Below, one piece after another: positions 1 through 11,895 of a stretch of 64,000 bases of DNA. Source of the DNA: Octopus sinensis. Its lineage: Eukaryota. The notes under the pieces were generated by a model. The model saw nothing but the letters and a program-made list of their open reading frames with translations, was not told where the DNA came from and made no database searches. The DNA lies in assembly GCF_006345805.1 (NCBI RefSeq), contig NC_043009.1:45074001-45138000 (forward strand), written 5' to 3'. The first letter of the stretch is position 1. Each line of letters opens with the position of its first letter. The position numbers and the translations under genes were made by a program.

Positions 1-745
1 GATCGTTATTGCTAAATCAATTGTGATCGCACTTTGTCTTACATTTCGAGCAGATAGTGTTTGAAGGAAACTTTCCAGTACGCGCGCGCGCACGCGCACA
101 TACACACACACACACACACAGACACACACACACACACACACATCGAAATGATGAAGTTGACCGGCACTTCAAATTTCACTCATCGGTTCGTTCAACTTGT
201 TGAACGTATGTATGTTTGTATGCATGAATGAAAGGAGTCATATATATATTTACATAAGTATGTATGTATGTATGTATGTTTGTATGTATGTATGTATGTA
301 TGTATGTATGTATGTATGTATGGATGGATGTATGTATGTGTGTGTGTGTCTGTGTGTGTTGGTGTTGCACGTGCATGTGAATATAAGGAGCCCTTTTTAA
401 AGCGTGTTTTATTAAATACACGGCCATATTCAAGTCTTATCTTCTTTTTATTTTATATTTTGCATATTCGAAATGTTGAATACGGATTTAAGATCCAAGT
501 TGAGAACCACTGCCCCACATTATAATGTGAATGAAAAAGAGAAAAGGGAAGGAGAAGGAAACTGAAAAAAAATGAATAAATGATTAAGAAGAGGTGAAGA
601 GAAAAACAAAGCATAAAAGAAGAAATGAAGAAAAGGAAGAAGAGAAGAGCAGAAGAAAATTGAATTCGCTGGTATAATGGTATCACAGTCGCGCTGACAA
701 AGGGTATGGGTTCGAGTCCCACGCGGATAGGAAATCCTTTTTATA

Positions 746-870
746 GGCGCAGGAGTGGCTATGTGGTAAGTAGCTTGCTTACCTTGTGAGTGGATTTGGT
801 AAACGGAAACTGAAAGAAGCCCGTCGTATATATGTATATGTATGTGTGTGTGTGTGTGTGTGTTTATGTC
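746..870 (+). mobile_element. tRNA-derived SINE family A, partial copy
   Basis: Head ggcgcaggagtggctatgtggtaagtagcttgc and central block ccttgtgagtggatttggtaaacggaaactgaaagaagcccgtcg, then (TA)/(TG) tract; same blocks recur in more than 10 copies in the window. Confidence 0.8.
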
Positions 871-1130
871 TGTTCGAGACTGACATATGGAACATTGTAA
901 ATCAGGAAATGTTTCGGCATTATTCCAACCCATTCCTTAAATCCTTAAATGACTATATGACAAGTATTAAACAATTACACAATCTACACGTCATCGCAGA
1001 CAAAACAAAATATATTGATGAAACAAACACTTCCATACATTCAAGATTCCTCACAAGCGCCATTACCAAAACATACAAAAAAACCCTGTAATTCCACATA
1101 CAATGACATACTAGCAGGCATCCTGGGCAG
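870..1130 (+). pseudogene. Penelope-like element (PLE) RT N-terminal fragment
   Basis: Translation ..LNDYMTSIKQLHNLHVIADKTKYIDE..RFLTSAITKTYKK resembles the ADKT..Y..LL..NITK.YKK motif upstream of the RT core in PLEs. Confidence 0.6.
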
Positions 1131-2015
1131 GCAGCCTGGTCTGTACGGTGCTCAGATGTATTCCATATACATATGTCTGTTTTCTGTCCCTTCCTCTCTC
1201 TGTCTCACTTGTCGAGAGAGAGACACATATACAACCAGAGAGGGAGAGAGAGAGAGATAGTGGGAGAGATAGAGACATAAAGAGGGACATACAGACATAG
1301 AGAAAGTAGAGGTCCAGCGGCGACTTCGAAGGAATAAATGTAACGTATAAACTTAGAGAAAGCTGGAGGTGGATTGAGTGTTAGGTGGAGTATTTTTTCA
1401 CTCTGTAAAAAGCATTACAGTGAAATAGATAGTACGTGGATTGCTAGAAATAGGAGCCAATACACCACCAACTCGACTCCCACATTCTATTTTCGGAAAA
1501 TAAGTGCACAGTTATCTGCGGAATGGTGAAATTTATTTAAATGACACGCAAAACCTGAAATATCAATTTTGTTTGGTGTTTTCAGCGGTCAACGTCGAAA
1601 CAAACATTGTTTTTTATAAGGATATACATACATACATACATACATACATACATACATACATACATACATACATGTATGCATGCACACATACATACATACA
1701 TACATACATACATACATACATACATGTACATATATATATATATATCGACCTATCTACCTGTGTATATACATATATAAAATTATGCCCCCACACTCTCACA
1801 TGTACATGCATACAAACTCCGCTGCACGCACATGTACACTCAAACGAGTGCGCACGTATTAAGTTTTCTGCGATTCTTCGTAAATCAATAAAATCGATAT
1901 CAACACAAGTATCAATCAATCAATCAGTCAATCAATCAAGTGCTTTAAAATTCAATCAACATGTATTTCATGCAATTGAGATAAATACAAAAACTGTTTG
2001 ACGCTTCCTGAGACC

Positions 2016-2017
<2 letters not shown>

Positions 2018-2114
<97 letters not shown>

Positions 2115-2135
2115 GGAGAGAGAGGGAGAGAGAGG
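2018..2135. repeat. (AG)n microsatellite
   Basis: Long nearly pure GA run. Confidence 0.98.
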
Positions 2136-3011
2136 GAAAGATAGTTTGAGCGAGTGTGTGGAAGTGTGTGTGTTTGTGTGTATGTATGTGTGTGTGCGCG
2201 TGTGTGCGAGTATGAAGAACGTGCGTGTGTTTAAGAAACGTAATAAAGAGACAGTGGAAATAATGCAAGTTGACAGTTGTAATTGAGAATTGTTTAATTC
2301 TAATTCGATGTATCGATCAGTGATAGATTGACTGGTCTTGTAATGTATATTAGGGAGTATTATCAGTAACTCAATTACGTAAGTAACAAGCTGTTTTGCT
2401 GGTCTTAATTTCGATGAGTAACAAAGTTCATCCTTGTTGAAGCAGTACCTCGATGGGGATACATAATTTTGAAGGACGAAACTAAATACCACTAACCCGT
2501 TAATAAATATAATTTGATACCACTTTTTCTTTATTCATCGTCGTCCCGTTCTAGTTCCTTGTATTAATTGCGACAGAGTGATAATGCGGGGTAAAAAGGC
2601 GCACAGGTGTGTAAGATGGACCCAAATTTCAGTAGCATTCAGCTTCGTATATAGGACCCGAGTTGAATTTTTGAGGCATTTTTTGAATAAAAAAATTCTT
2701 ATATGCCATCATATACGGTACTTAGAAATTCGTTCGGTTTCTGCTTCAGTAAATTTCGGCTGAAGAAAACTTTCACCGAAGAAGTGAGTTTCAACATGTA
2801 GAGTTGTTTCCCACGCTTGCTGGGGTAAAAAAAAAAAAAAGTAAACGGGCATAGATGTATGGTTAAGAAACTTGTTTTGTATCCAAATAAATTCGGGTAC
2901 ATTTCCACAGCATGGCACATTGGATAATTGTCTACTACTATGGTCCTGGACTGACCAATGCCATGTCAGTGAATTTGGTAGACAAGAAACTGTGTGGAAG
3001 CCTATCTTTGT

Positions 3012-3060
<49 letters not shown>

Positions 3061-3062
3061 TA

Positions 3063-3196
3063 AGGCGTAGGAGTGGCTGTGTGACTGCGTGGCACTTTTG
3101 GCAAGTGTCTTCTACTATATCCTCGGGCCAACCAAAGCCTTGTGAGTGGATTTAGTAGACGGAAACTGAAAGAAGACCGTCGTATATATGTATATG
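3063..3196 (+). mobile_element. SINE family A, partial copy
   Basis: ggcgtaggagtggctgtgtg head plus ctttggcaagtgtcttctactatatcctcgggccaaccaaagcc central domain. Confidence 0.8.
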
Positions 3197-3371
3197 ACTT
3201 AATTGTCGTAGAAATGGAGATGATGTAATGCATATGTCAATTGCAAATAATATTACCCCTTATTGACCTCCAGGTACTGAAGGAAGATGTATTTGGTCTA
3301 CCGACCTGCTAGAAAGAAAGAGAAAAAGGAAAGGACACACTGGAAAAAGTAGTCATATACTCTTTACTTCT

Positions 3372-3586
3372 TTACTTGTTTCAGTCATTTGACTGTGACC
3401 ATGCTAGAGCACCGCCTTTAGTCGAGCAAATCGACCCCAGGACTTATTCTTTGTAAGCCTAGTACTTATTCTATTGTTCTCTTTGGCCGAACCGCTAAGT
3501 TACGGGAACGTAAACACACCACCATCGGTTGTCAAGCGATGTTGGGGAGTACAAACACAGATACACAAACACACACACACACACAG

Positions 3587-3627
<41 letters not shown>

Positions 3628-3790
3628 CATATATACGACGGGCTTCCATCAGTTTCCGTCTACCAAATCCACTCACAAGGCTTTGGTCGACCCGAGGCTA
3701 TAGTAGAAGACACATGCCGAAGGTGCCACGTAGTGGGAATGAACCCGGAACCATGTGGTTGGTAAGCAAGCTACTTACCACACAGTCACT
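3372..3790 (-). mobile_element. SINE family A, near full length
   Basis: Reverse complement of head, central domain, internal (TA)(TG) tract and tail (..gactgaaacaagtaaa). Confidence 0.9.
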
Positions 3791-5770
3791 CTAGATATAC
3801 AAAAAAAAATATGAGAAGGTTATGGTTGTAGCGTTGAGGATCGTAGGTCATCTTGATCAGAGCTCATCCTATGGTTAAACAAGAACAGCAGTGACGGCAT
3901 TATCATCATTACCACCATCACAACTATCATCATCATCACCACCACCACCAACTTCACCACCATTATCATCACCACCTCAATCATCACCACTACCACCAAC
4001 ATCATCACCGTCATCATCATCATCATCACCATCCCGACCATGATCATTACCGCCTCCACACTCCATCACTTTCACCATCTCCACGCTTCTCCACCAGTTT
4101 CACCCTCCCACCACCGTCGTCATCTCTACCACAGTCTGCACTATTACCATCTCCATCACAACCATCAATCCCACATCACCATCTGCGCTACCTCCACCAT
4201 CATCGTTACTTTCACCATCTCCACCCTTATCATCATCGGCTGAGACTCTCAGACCCAAACATATTGATATTTAATAATCCTCTTTTTATAAGCAAGAACA
4301 ATAAAATTGCTTCTTTCTTAAAAGTTGACATTTAAGAGTACAAGAATATTCACTGTTTGAATTGCCATCTAAAGAGTTTATCGTTTACATTCGAGTTTTA
4401 CTGAATTCTTCAACCGGAAAATAAGTAAATTCACTTTATATGTTCGAGAATTACCACAGACTACCTATTTTATAACATCGATTTTTATTGTTGCTGCGAT
4501 GGTTTGTTTACTGGGTTTTCTGCCTCACAATCTCTCTATGGCTATTACTGAAATAAACTTGTTAAATGGTGTTTGTTATAACTGCAATGACAAAGAAATA
4601 TTTTTGACCCGAGATCGTTTGTTGATGATAGAAAAGATGTATCGTGATATAATCATAAACACCATAGCCATCAGTAGCAAGAGAGTGTGATTTAGTAGCA
4701 TGTACGACATTACGAAAGCATTGTGCATGCTTCTAAGTAAAAGAAAGCTATGTGGCTACTAGCAAGTAAAAGCTACGAAAGCATACATGCTACCATGTTA
4801 CTTGCTGCTGACGGTTAAGATAGTTTTGATTACATCACAATACATTTTGCTTCGCTTCAACAAACGACCTTAGATTAAAAAAATCTCTGCAATAAATACC
4901 ATTTATCAAGTTAACGACTTTAACACTAATATCCATGGAGAGGTCGCTAATTGAGAGCTATCACTAATTGTTTTAGGTGCCAATATGGTCGAGAGGACAC
5001 ACAGACGCCCTCATGACCGTTTCACCCTCGTTGAAATGGAACATCTACTGTTACAGTTGTAGGGAGGGTAACAAGCATTCAGTTAGTACTCACTTGAGAG
5101 CAACGTGAAATGAAGTACTTTTCTTAAGGGTGTAATCGTACCCACGACCTTTTGATCAAGGGCCCAAAACCCTAAACACTAAGCTATGTGCCTTCACTAT
5201 ATATGGTGTAAACATTACCTATTTAAATCACGCAATCGTAACATTAAGAAAACAGCGAAGCTTCTACGTGGTCGCTTAACCTCGAAATAGCAGCCATTTC
5301 TCTCTACCATCCTGAAAAAAAGAAAGAATACAAGTTTCCTCGTCATGTAATCCTAGATATAGAAAAGGATGTGATAGTCATGGCTGGGTCGCTTTCAACC
5401 ACGTTTATTTGTTTGATGAGGGCTGATCTGAATTTATATAGAAACTATAGACAACAATAAAGTTTTACTGCAAAGCAAAAATAACATATTCATTATTATA
5501 CTTTATGTTCTATATATTTTGTATAAAAATACTGTTATTGGGTTTCTGAAATATAATTGACTAGTGAAGATCTTAACCATAACTATACACTAGCAGACTT
5601 TAATATTTAAAGGCATGGACGTGTGGTTAAGAAGCTCGCTTTGCAACCAAATAGTTTCGGGTTCACCCCGCACCAGCGTAGTAACTTGGGCAATTGTCTT
5701 TTATTATAGCCTCGGGCCATCCAATACCTTCTGAATGAATTTAGTATATGGAAGCCCGTCGGTTATATAT

Positions 5771-6245
5771 ATTGGATCATCCCATAAATAATGCAGTATT
5801 TTTTATACTTCTTTTATTTTTCAAAATTAAGATAAGCAAAATTCTTTTTAATCTAAAATATACTCGCCATCTTTCTGGTAGACTTGCAAGGCCCCTCTTC
5901 CAGAATTCACTTGTCTATGACGAAAAATACTCCTCCAGTACTGTTTTGACCTCGTCTACAGAATTCATATTTTTTCCATCTAAATGATTTTGAAGACTGC
6001 AGAATAAATGATAATCAGATGGGGCGATATGGTGGCTGTGGCATCATTCCCCATTCAAACTTTGAAATGTCATCCTCGCTGTATATAGCCGATGGAAGAA
6101 CACCTTTCGTCTTGAAAACAAAGATAGTCGTTTTTCTTCCAGCGCTGACTTAACTCGCTCAAGCTGTTCGCAGTAGATCTTTGTTATCATTTGGTCTAGG
6201 TTTAGAAGTTCAAAGTGGTCTAAATCTTTCATATCCCACCAAACA
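5771..6245 (-). mobile_element. mariner (DD34D-type) transposon 3' part with TIR, decayed
   Basis: Minus strand reads VWWDMK..FELL..TKIYCEQLERVKSALEEKR..APSDYHLFCSLQNHLDGK..EFWKRGLASLPERW; TIR ttggatcatcccataaataatgcag at 5771 matches the TIRs of the copy at 40731. Confidence 0.9.
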
Positions 6246-6269
6246 CTTTACGTTTGTGAAGACCTTTAG

Positions 6270-6485
6270 CTTGGTATATAGTGATCAAATATTTGTGTCC
6301 ATATAAACGCATTCCTTCCATCAAATCGACATTACCTGCACAGGTGCACAAATATGCCACACGTCAGATGTCGAAATGATGCAGAGCAGCGTGAAATGAA
6401 CTGTTTTAATCAAGAACACAACATACCACCTAGGAATCGAAACCACGATTTCACGTTTCTGTGTGCAACACCCTAACCACTAGGG
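6270..6485 (-). mobile_element. tRNA/CORE-type SINE family C, decayed
   Basis: Reverse complement has tRNA-like box B (ggtttcgattcc) and CORE-like ttgtgttcttgattaaaacagttcatttcacgctgc. Confidence 0.6.
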
Positions 6486-8124
6486 AAGGATAAGTACTTG
6501 ACCAAAACTTCATTCTTTTAACTTCCCCCGACCATAAAGAATAATAGGGAAAGTTGACCCCCGGAGGGGTTTGAAATGTCAACGTAAAATGACGTGGTTG
6601 AATATCGTAAAGCGTTTTCTTTGGTGCTCTACAAATTCTTTTGATTCATACATGCCATTATACATACTGACAAACAAGATGAAATGTTAAGTATAGATAG
6701 CCGAATTTCAATAGAATAGTCTGGTGTTACTGTTATGCAGCTTCGAGAATAATAATTACGCAGTAAGCCATGATTTTCTATGTGTTTCTCTCACGCCGTC
6801 TAATCACATGTACAGTTACAACTATTCTTTTGTTGGAACGTACCATTTATTTGATAAAATAAAGTACCAGTCAAGGACTGGGTTGATGGTATTGACCTGC
6901 CTCTCTCCTATTTTAACTAAATCAGAATCATTAGTTGAGTGAGACATTTTCACCATCTTTTCTTTTGGTGGTAGTAGTGGCGAGGTAAAGTTGGTCATTG
7001 TCAGTTTGCATACCCTGAAGGTAGCTGTTAACATTATAAATACGTGAGAATCTAAGGAAATGTTATGATATAGACTTAAATTACTACTGTTGTTGGTTCC
7101 GGGTCATCACTATCTGAACGGGCCAACGTTCAAAGGCATTTCAGCTGTCACCAGCTTGCCTTCCTTGTGGCTGATAAAATACATTATCGGTTCTGCTAGG
7201 GTACCGCTTTTAGGGGTTAAGTCAATTATACCGAATCTTGTAGTTATTTTAATGATTGATATTTATTTTATTGATCTCTCAAAGTAATGGGACATGAATA
7301 AACAGTTATAAACACGGATATCATCACATACTCACGCAGGGATACATAACCAAAGTAGTCATTTGCAAGGGGGTATGAACTGGGACCTTGTATCACACTT
7401 TTACTAATTGTTTCAGGTACTTGTGTTGTCAGGAGCCGAACTGTGTACATACACACACACACACACACAAAATTAATATAAACAGCTGGTCGCAATGTGA
7501 TACCATAAAGGAAAAATTCACTAAATGTGACTGAAGGTGCCGAAGCACCTACATTGTTAGAAATAAAGAATTAAAATACTCTTAATACTGTAGGAAGAGC
7601 GCATATGTATACACACATTCTTAAAGGTGAGGTAGCCCACCCAGGACCGACTCGAAAATCCTTAAACTGGACTTCTAGTTTCGCCTATTCTGTAGGCATC
7701 CTCAGTGAGGACTGCTCGAATGGCACATGTACGGCTAATTCCGCCTCTCAGCATATATGTATTTACCATAACAATTTATGGGTGATTTAGCGGAATGCTA
7801 ATGTGCATACAAAATATTAATATAAACAGCAAGGAGCAATGTTGTACCATAATGGGAATTTTCAAACGTCACTAAGTGTGACTCAGGGTATCGAAGCATC
7901 TAGATCGATAGAAAATAAGAGTTAAAATACTCTTAATGCTGTAGGATGAGCGCAAATGTATTCACACATGCTGGCAGGGGAGATATTGTGGACATCATCA
8001 GATTTTATAAACTTTCGTGAGAACATGAAATAACTGTTTTTAGGAATAGTGGATCTCGAAACACACAGAAAGCTTTAAATAATAGTTTCAAGTTTTTGTA
8101 CAGAACTAGTTCTTTTTTAAGAGG

Positions 8125-8285
8125 AGGGAAAGTCGATTACATCGACCGCATTACTTGACTGGCATTTATTTTATTGACCCCGAAAGAATGAAAGGCAAAG
8201 TCAACCTTCAAAGAATTTGAATTTAGAACGTAAAACGGGCGAAATGCCTCTAAACATTTGTCCGGCGTGCTAACGATTCTGCCAA
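8125..8285 (-). mobile_element. SINE family B, decayed
   Basis: Reverse complement of ttctaaattcaaattc..ttgactttgcctttcattctttcggggtcaataaa block shared with 14674 copy. Confidence 0.75.
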
Positions 8286-8407
8286 ATAATGGAATGTAAA
8301 TGTTGGATAGAAAAAATCTCTCTCCTCACCCACTCTCTCTTTGTATATATATGTATATATAAATAATAAATATATAATATATATATATATATATTATATA
8401 TATATAT

Positions 8408-8444
<37 letters not shown>

Positions 8445-9254
8445 TTGATGCGTATCTCTAAGCGCTTCAACATTGAGATCTACTACTGTTTGGTGGATAC
8501 TACCGATTTGTAACTCTTTTCATATTTCTTCCTTTATGGACTTATCCGCTTTCAATTGACTGTACATTGATTCGTCGTTAACTTTATCTTTCCCCACCTT
8601 TTTTGCTGTCCATTTTGTCTTCTGAAAATCAAAGATGAAAGATAGCTATTGGGTTTGAATACCGGATAAATGTGATAGTTTTATCAGATTCTTCTGCAGA
8701 AATTGTTTGCTGTTCATTTCGGATTTCTCTTCGTTTACCCATCAAATTTATCTTCACCTGAAAAACAAAAAAAAAATCACAAATAAATATTTCATCTTAT
8801 TGATTAACACAACATTAATCTACACCAAAACCAGCAAAACAAACAAAACCATATCAGCATATTTGACTACGTTCTTTGTCTTCGGAGTAACCAGACTTTC
8901 CGATATTGTATTTCAGGACGGTCTGTGGCAAATATAATTTATTGCACCTCGGCCACTGTTTCTGCTTTATAGTAAATCGAATGCTTATTTTAGTAAAGAG
9001 GGAAGGAAGTTGTTCGTTTATAACAGCAATAAATCGTTTTAAAATTCAATTAAAATGACATTTCATTCAATTTTGAATTGTAAAATTTCCTTTATGAATG
9101 AAAATCAATGAATATAAATGTAAATTATTTTCTTTTGTTTTCAAAACTATTTTCTTTAAATACATTTAATTCAAACTGAGATCTTTCTTTGTTTAAACAA
9201 TTCGGTATGGATATATCTAATTTTTTTTTAATACTTACTGAGTTTGGAGTAAGG

Positions 9255-9830
9255 AACAATGCCCAAGATTTTTGTAGGCTCTCCTGAGACTGGTAAGCTT
9301 GATAGGAAAAATATGAGCAGGGTGAAGATCTGAATAGTTCAAAGGACCGGTATTTGGATGAAGAAAGACTGAGTATAGTGGTTAGCGCAAGCTAAGAGGG
9401 CTGGACGCAGCAAGATTGATGGAGAGTGGTGATACGAATGGGGCAGGTGTGCCTAAGATGTGGAGGTACGAGACCACTTCTGAGGAGTAGAAGCCATTAC
9501 AGTAGTGATAGAAAGTCAGAAAGTAGAGACAAAACATACCTATGGACAGATACTGGGGTGTATCCGTCAGTTACTGAATGCCAATCAGCCGAGTGGTTCT
9601 TCTCTGGATGCCGGACAGATCGTGTGTTGTACATGTGTATAGCAACACCGTATTAGATATGGGAGAACTATTGTGAGCCTTACTCGAGCCTCATAGATTG
9701 TCCAAAGCTGTTAAGGATTGAAATATTTTCTAACCCCCAAGAGAAGGGACAGTCTTTTAGATGCGATGTTTGTTAGGTATTTATAATTTCTGTAAAATAA
9801 TTCTGCAGTTTATGATCAATAGAGTGTATT
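9255..9830 (-). pseudogene. Decayed CR1/L2/Jockey-group LINE, ORF2 3' end
   Basis: Minus strand frame gives ..LSGIQRRTTRLIGIQ*LTDTPQYLS..FYHYCNGFYSSEV.., resembling the IQRRATRLI..LFYRYFNG.CSSEL C-terminal block; several stops and frameshifts. Confidence 0.55.
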
Positions 9831-11748
9831 TGCAAGCATGGCTTTCAAATATCACAGTTCTGATATATTGACTTCCATCAGCTTTGATGTAAGTTAGAAT
9901 ATTTCTAACCAGGCTGTGTACAGTCTATTGAGAGATTCTAAAATACATTTTCGTAAAAAGTATTACGTAAATCATTAGAAAATATATTTCATCATTAATT
10001 CTGTACAAGACTAAATCTCACCAACAGACGAGAAACAAAAAGGGTTGATATGAATGGAAGTGGGGACATTCCAAATCATTTCGGTAATTCGGTAATACTA
10101 ATGATATGAGGACGTAAATGATGGCTGTTCAACCATTCTGCCTCATGTAGTGTATAAAGATCAGTTGTCGCCTTGTGAATGGAAATCTCTACCTGTGTCT
10201 CTACAATACATTCTTACTAGCCGTATTGCATTACATTGGAGGTATGTTAAGAGTGGCGCAAAGCGATAGGGAAAAAACAACATTTTCTTTTCGTCCCTAT
10301 CAGTTACACCTCCTTCGTAGAATTTGACAGTTTAAAAACAATCGATGCAGCAAAAATTATACATGAATACAATATAACCTTTATCTGTATTGGAAACTCA
10401 TTGGCATTTGTTCGGGCTTGCTTTCAGGGCGGCCTGCTCAGGCTCTGATAGTATCGCCATACCGAATTATTTTAATATATCTGGTCGCAAGCATTTCTCG
10501 CTCGGTTACGTATCTGATTCCTTTTCTATTAACTCTAAATTATGACCAGACTCTGACTGAAAGTTTCCTGAATATGAACAAAGAAATTAAAGGACTCTAC
10601 TACCAAATAAATAAATAAATGAATAAATAAATAAATAAATAAATAAAAGAAATTGAGAACACCTCTAGTGATTAAAAAATATTGTTATAAAATAATTTTG
10701 GCATCGAACCTTAAAAAATACCACGGAAACCTTTAATATTCCAACTGGAGGCTATGGATATTAAAGAAGCTGATAATACTCAAGTGGCATCAAGCTGCGA
10801 CAGTTCTGTTGTCAGACACGTAAGTATTCTGCCTAAATGTTTTAGCCAATAAATTTATTTAACAGACAGACCAATTATTTTCATCAGAGAATTAATCAGA
10901 ATAACAAGATATAATAAGTTAAAAATGAAAGGAAAGATTTGGACAGAGGCATGCTATTGAGGGAGTTATAGAGATGCAGCTGTTTGAGGTAGTTGCAGAG
11001 GAAAGAGGGTTGGGGTAGTTGGAGAGAGCAAAGGGTTGAGGGAGTTATAAAGACAAAGATCTGAAGTTGATGTAGACATTTGTGTTTCTAAGTTAGAGAT
11101 AAAATATCGGTAAGTGCTGACAGCTCAACTCTTACAAACTGCCTTCATATTCCACCAGAAAAATACTGTTTCGACCCATGAAGTGAAACTACAAATAAAG
11201 GAAGAACAGAAAAAAAATATTCCAGAATATTTCCTTGAAGATGGAACAAGCGTAACCAAGGCACAGTATTCCTTCAGTAGTGCAAAAAGTGTTTCTAAGT
11301 TAGACATAAAGCAAGAACTATTGATGGGAACAATTTAATTGATTCAAGCTCATTATAAAAAGTCAGTGTATAGGGAAACAAGGCTTAAAACTGGAGCCGG
11401 CCAAACTGCTTCACTACAACTTGAACACCAATATATACCCCATACACGCATATTTTATCTCCAATGATTGGTTTGCATATTTCTGTTACAACTATTTCCT
11501 CTTTGCTAAAACATTAATTTATTTACTCCAATGGTATCTGGTTTCTTTGAACCAAAACCAGGTGTTTTCTTTCCAATTTTTTCTCTCTTTTCCTTCCTTC
11601 TTTTTGACGAAGAACCTATTTCCGAAACATCGAGTTATTTTCTTTTTTTTCTCTCACAGCAGAAATTTGCTGGCTTGTTCTTTGTAGTTCTTTTGCCTTT
11701 GTTTCTGCTTGTGTCGCCGTCTTCACTTGGATATTAATTAGCTGTCTG

Positions 11749-11799
<51 letters not shown>

Positions 11800-11863
11800 C
11801 ACACACACACACACACAACACACACACACACCGTTCGTGTATTTGATAATAAAGTTATCCTAG

Positions 11864-11895
<32 letters not shown>

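Noticed and set aside
78-142. (CG)n(CA)n Z-DNA-prone tract, also 54037-54086
   Set aside because: Ordinary microsatellite edge in this genome; nothing suggests function.
2590-2720. Possible pogo/Tigger-type TIR (taccgtatatgatggcatataag on minus strand)
   Set aside because: No partner TIR or TSD found.
6900-8757. Minus-strand exon candidates (acceptors at about 8757, 8621, 7017; peptides such as DESMYSQL, DQLYLAT)
   Set aside because: No consistent donors, phases or recognisable protein; such signals are common by chance in AT-rich DNA.
10750-11338. Plus-strand GTAAGT donors and ORF 11114-11338 with a repeated gtttctaagttaga motif
   Set aside because: No acceptors or homology; GTAAGT is expected many times per strand in 64 kb.
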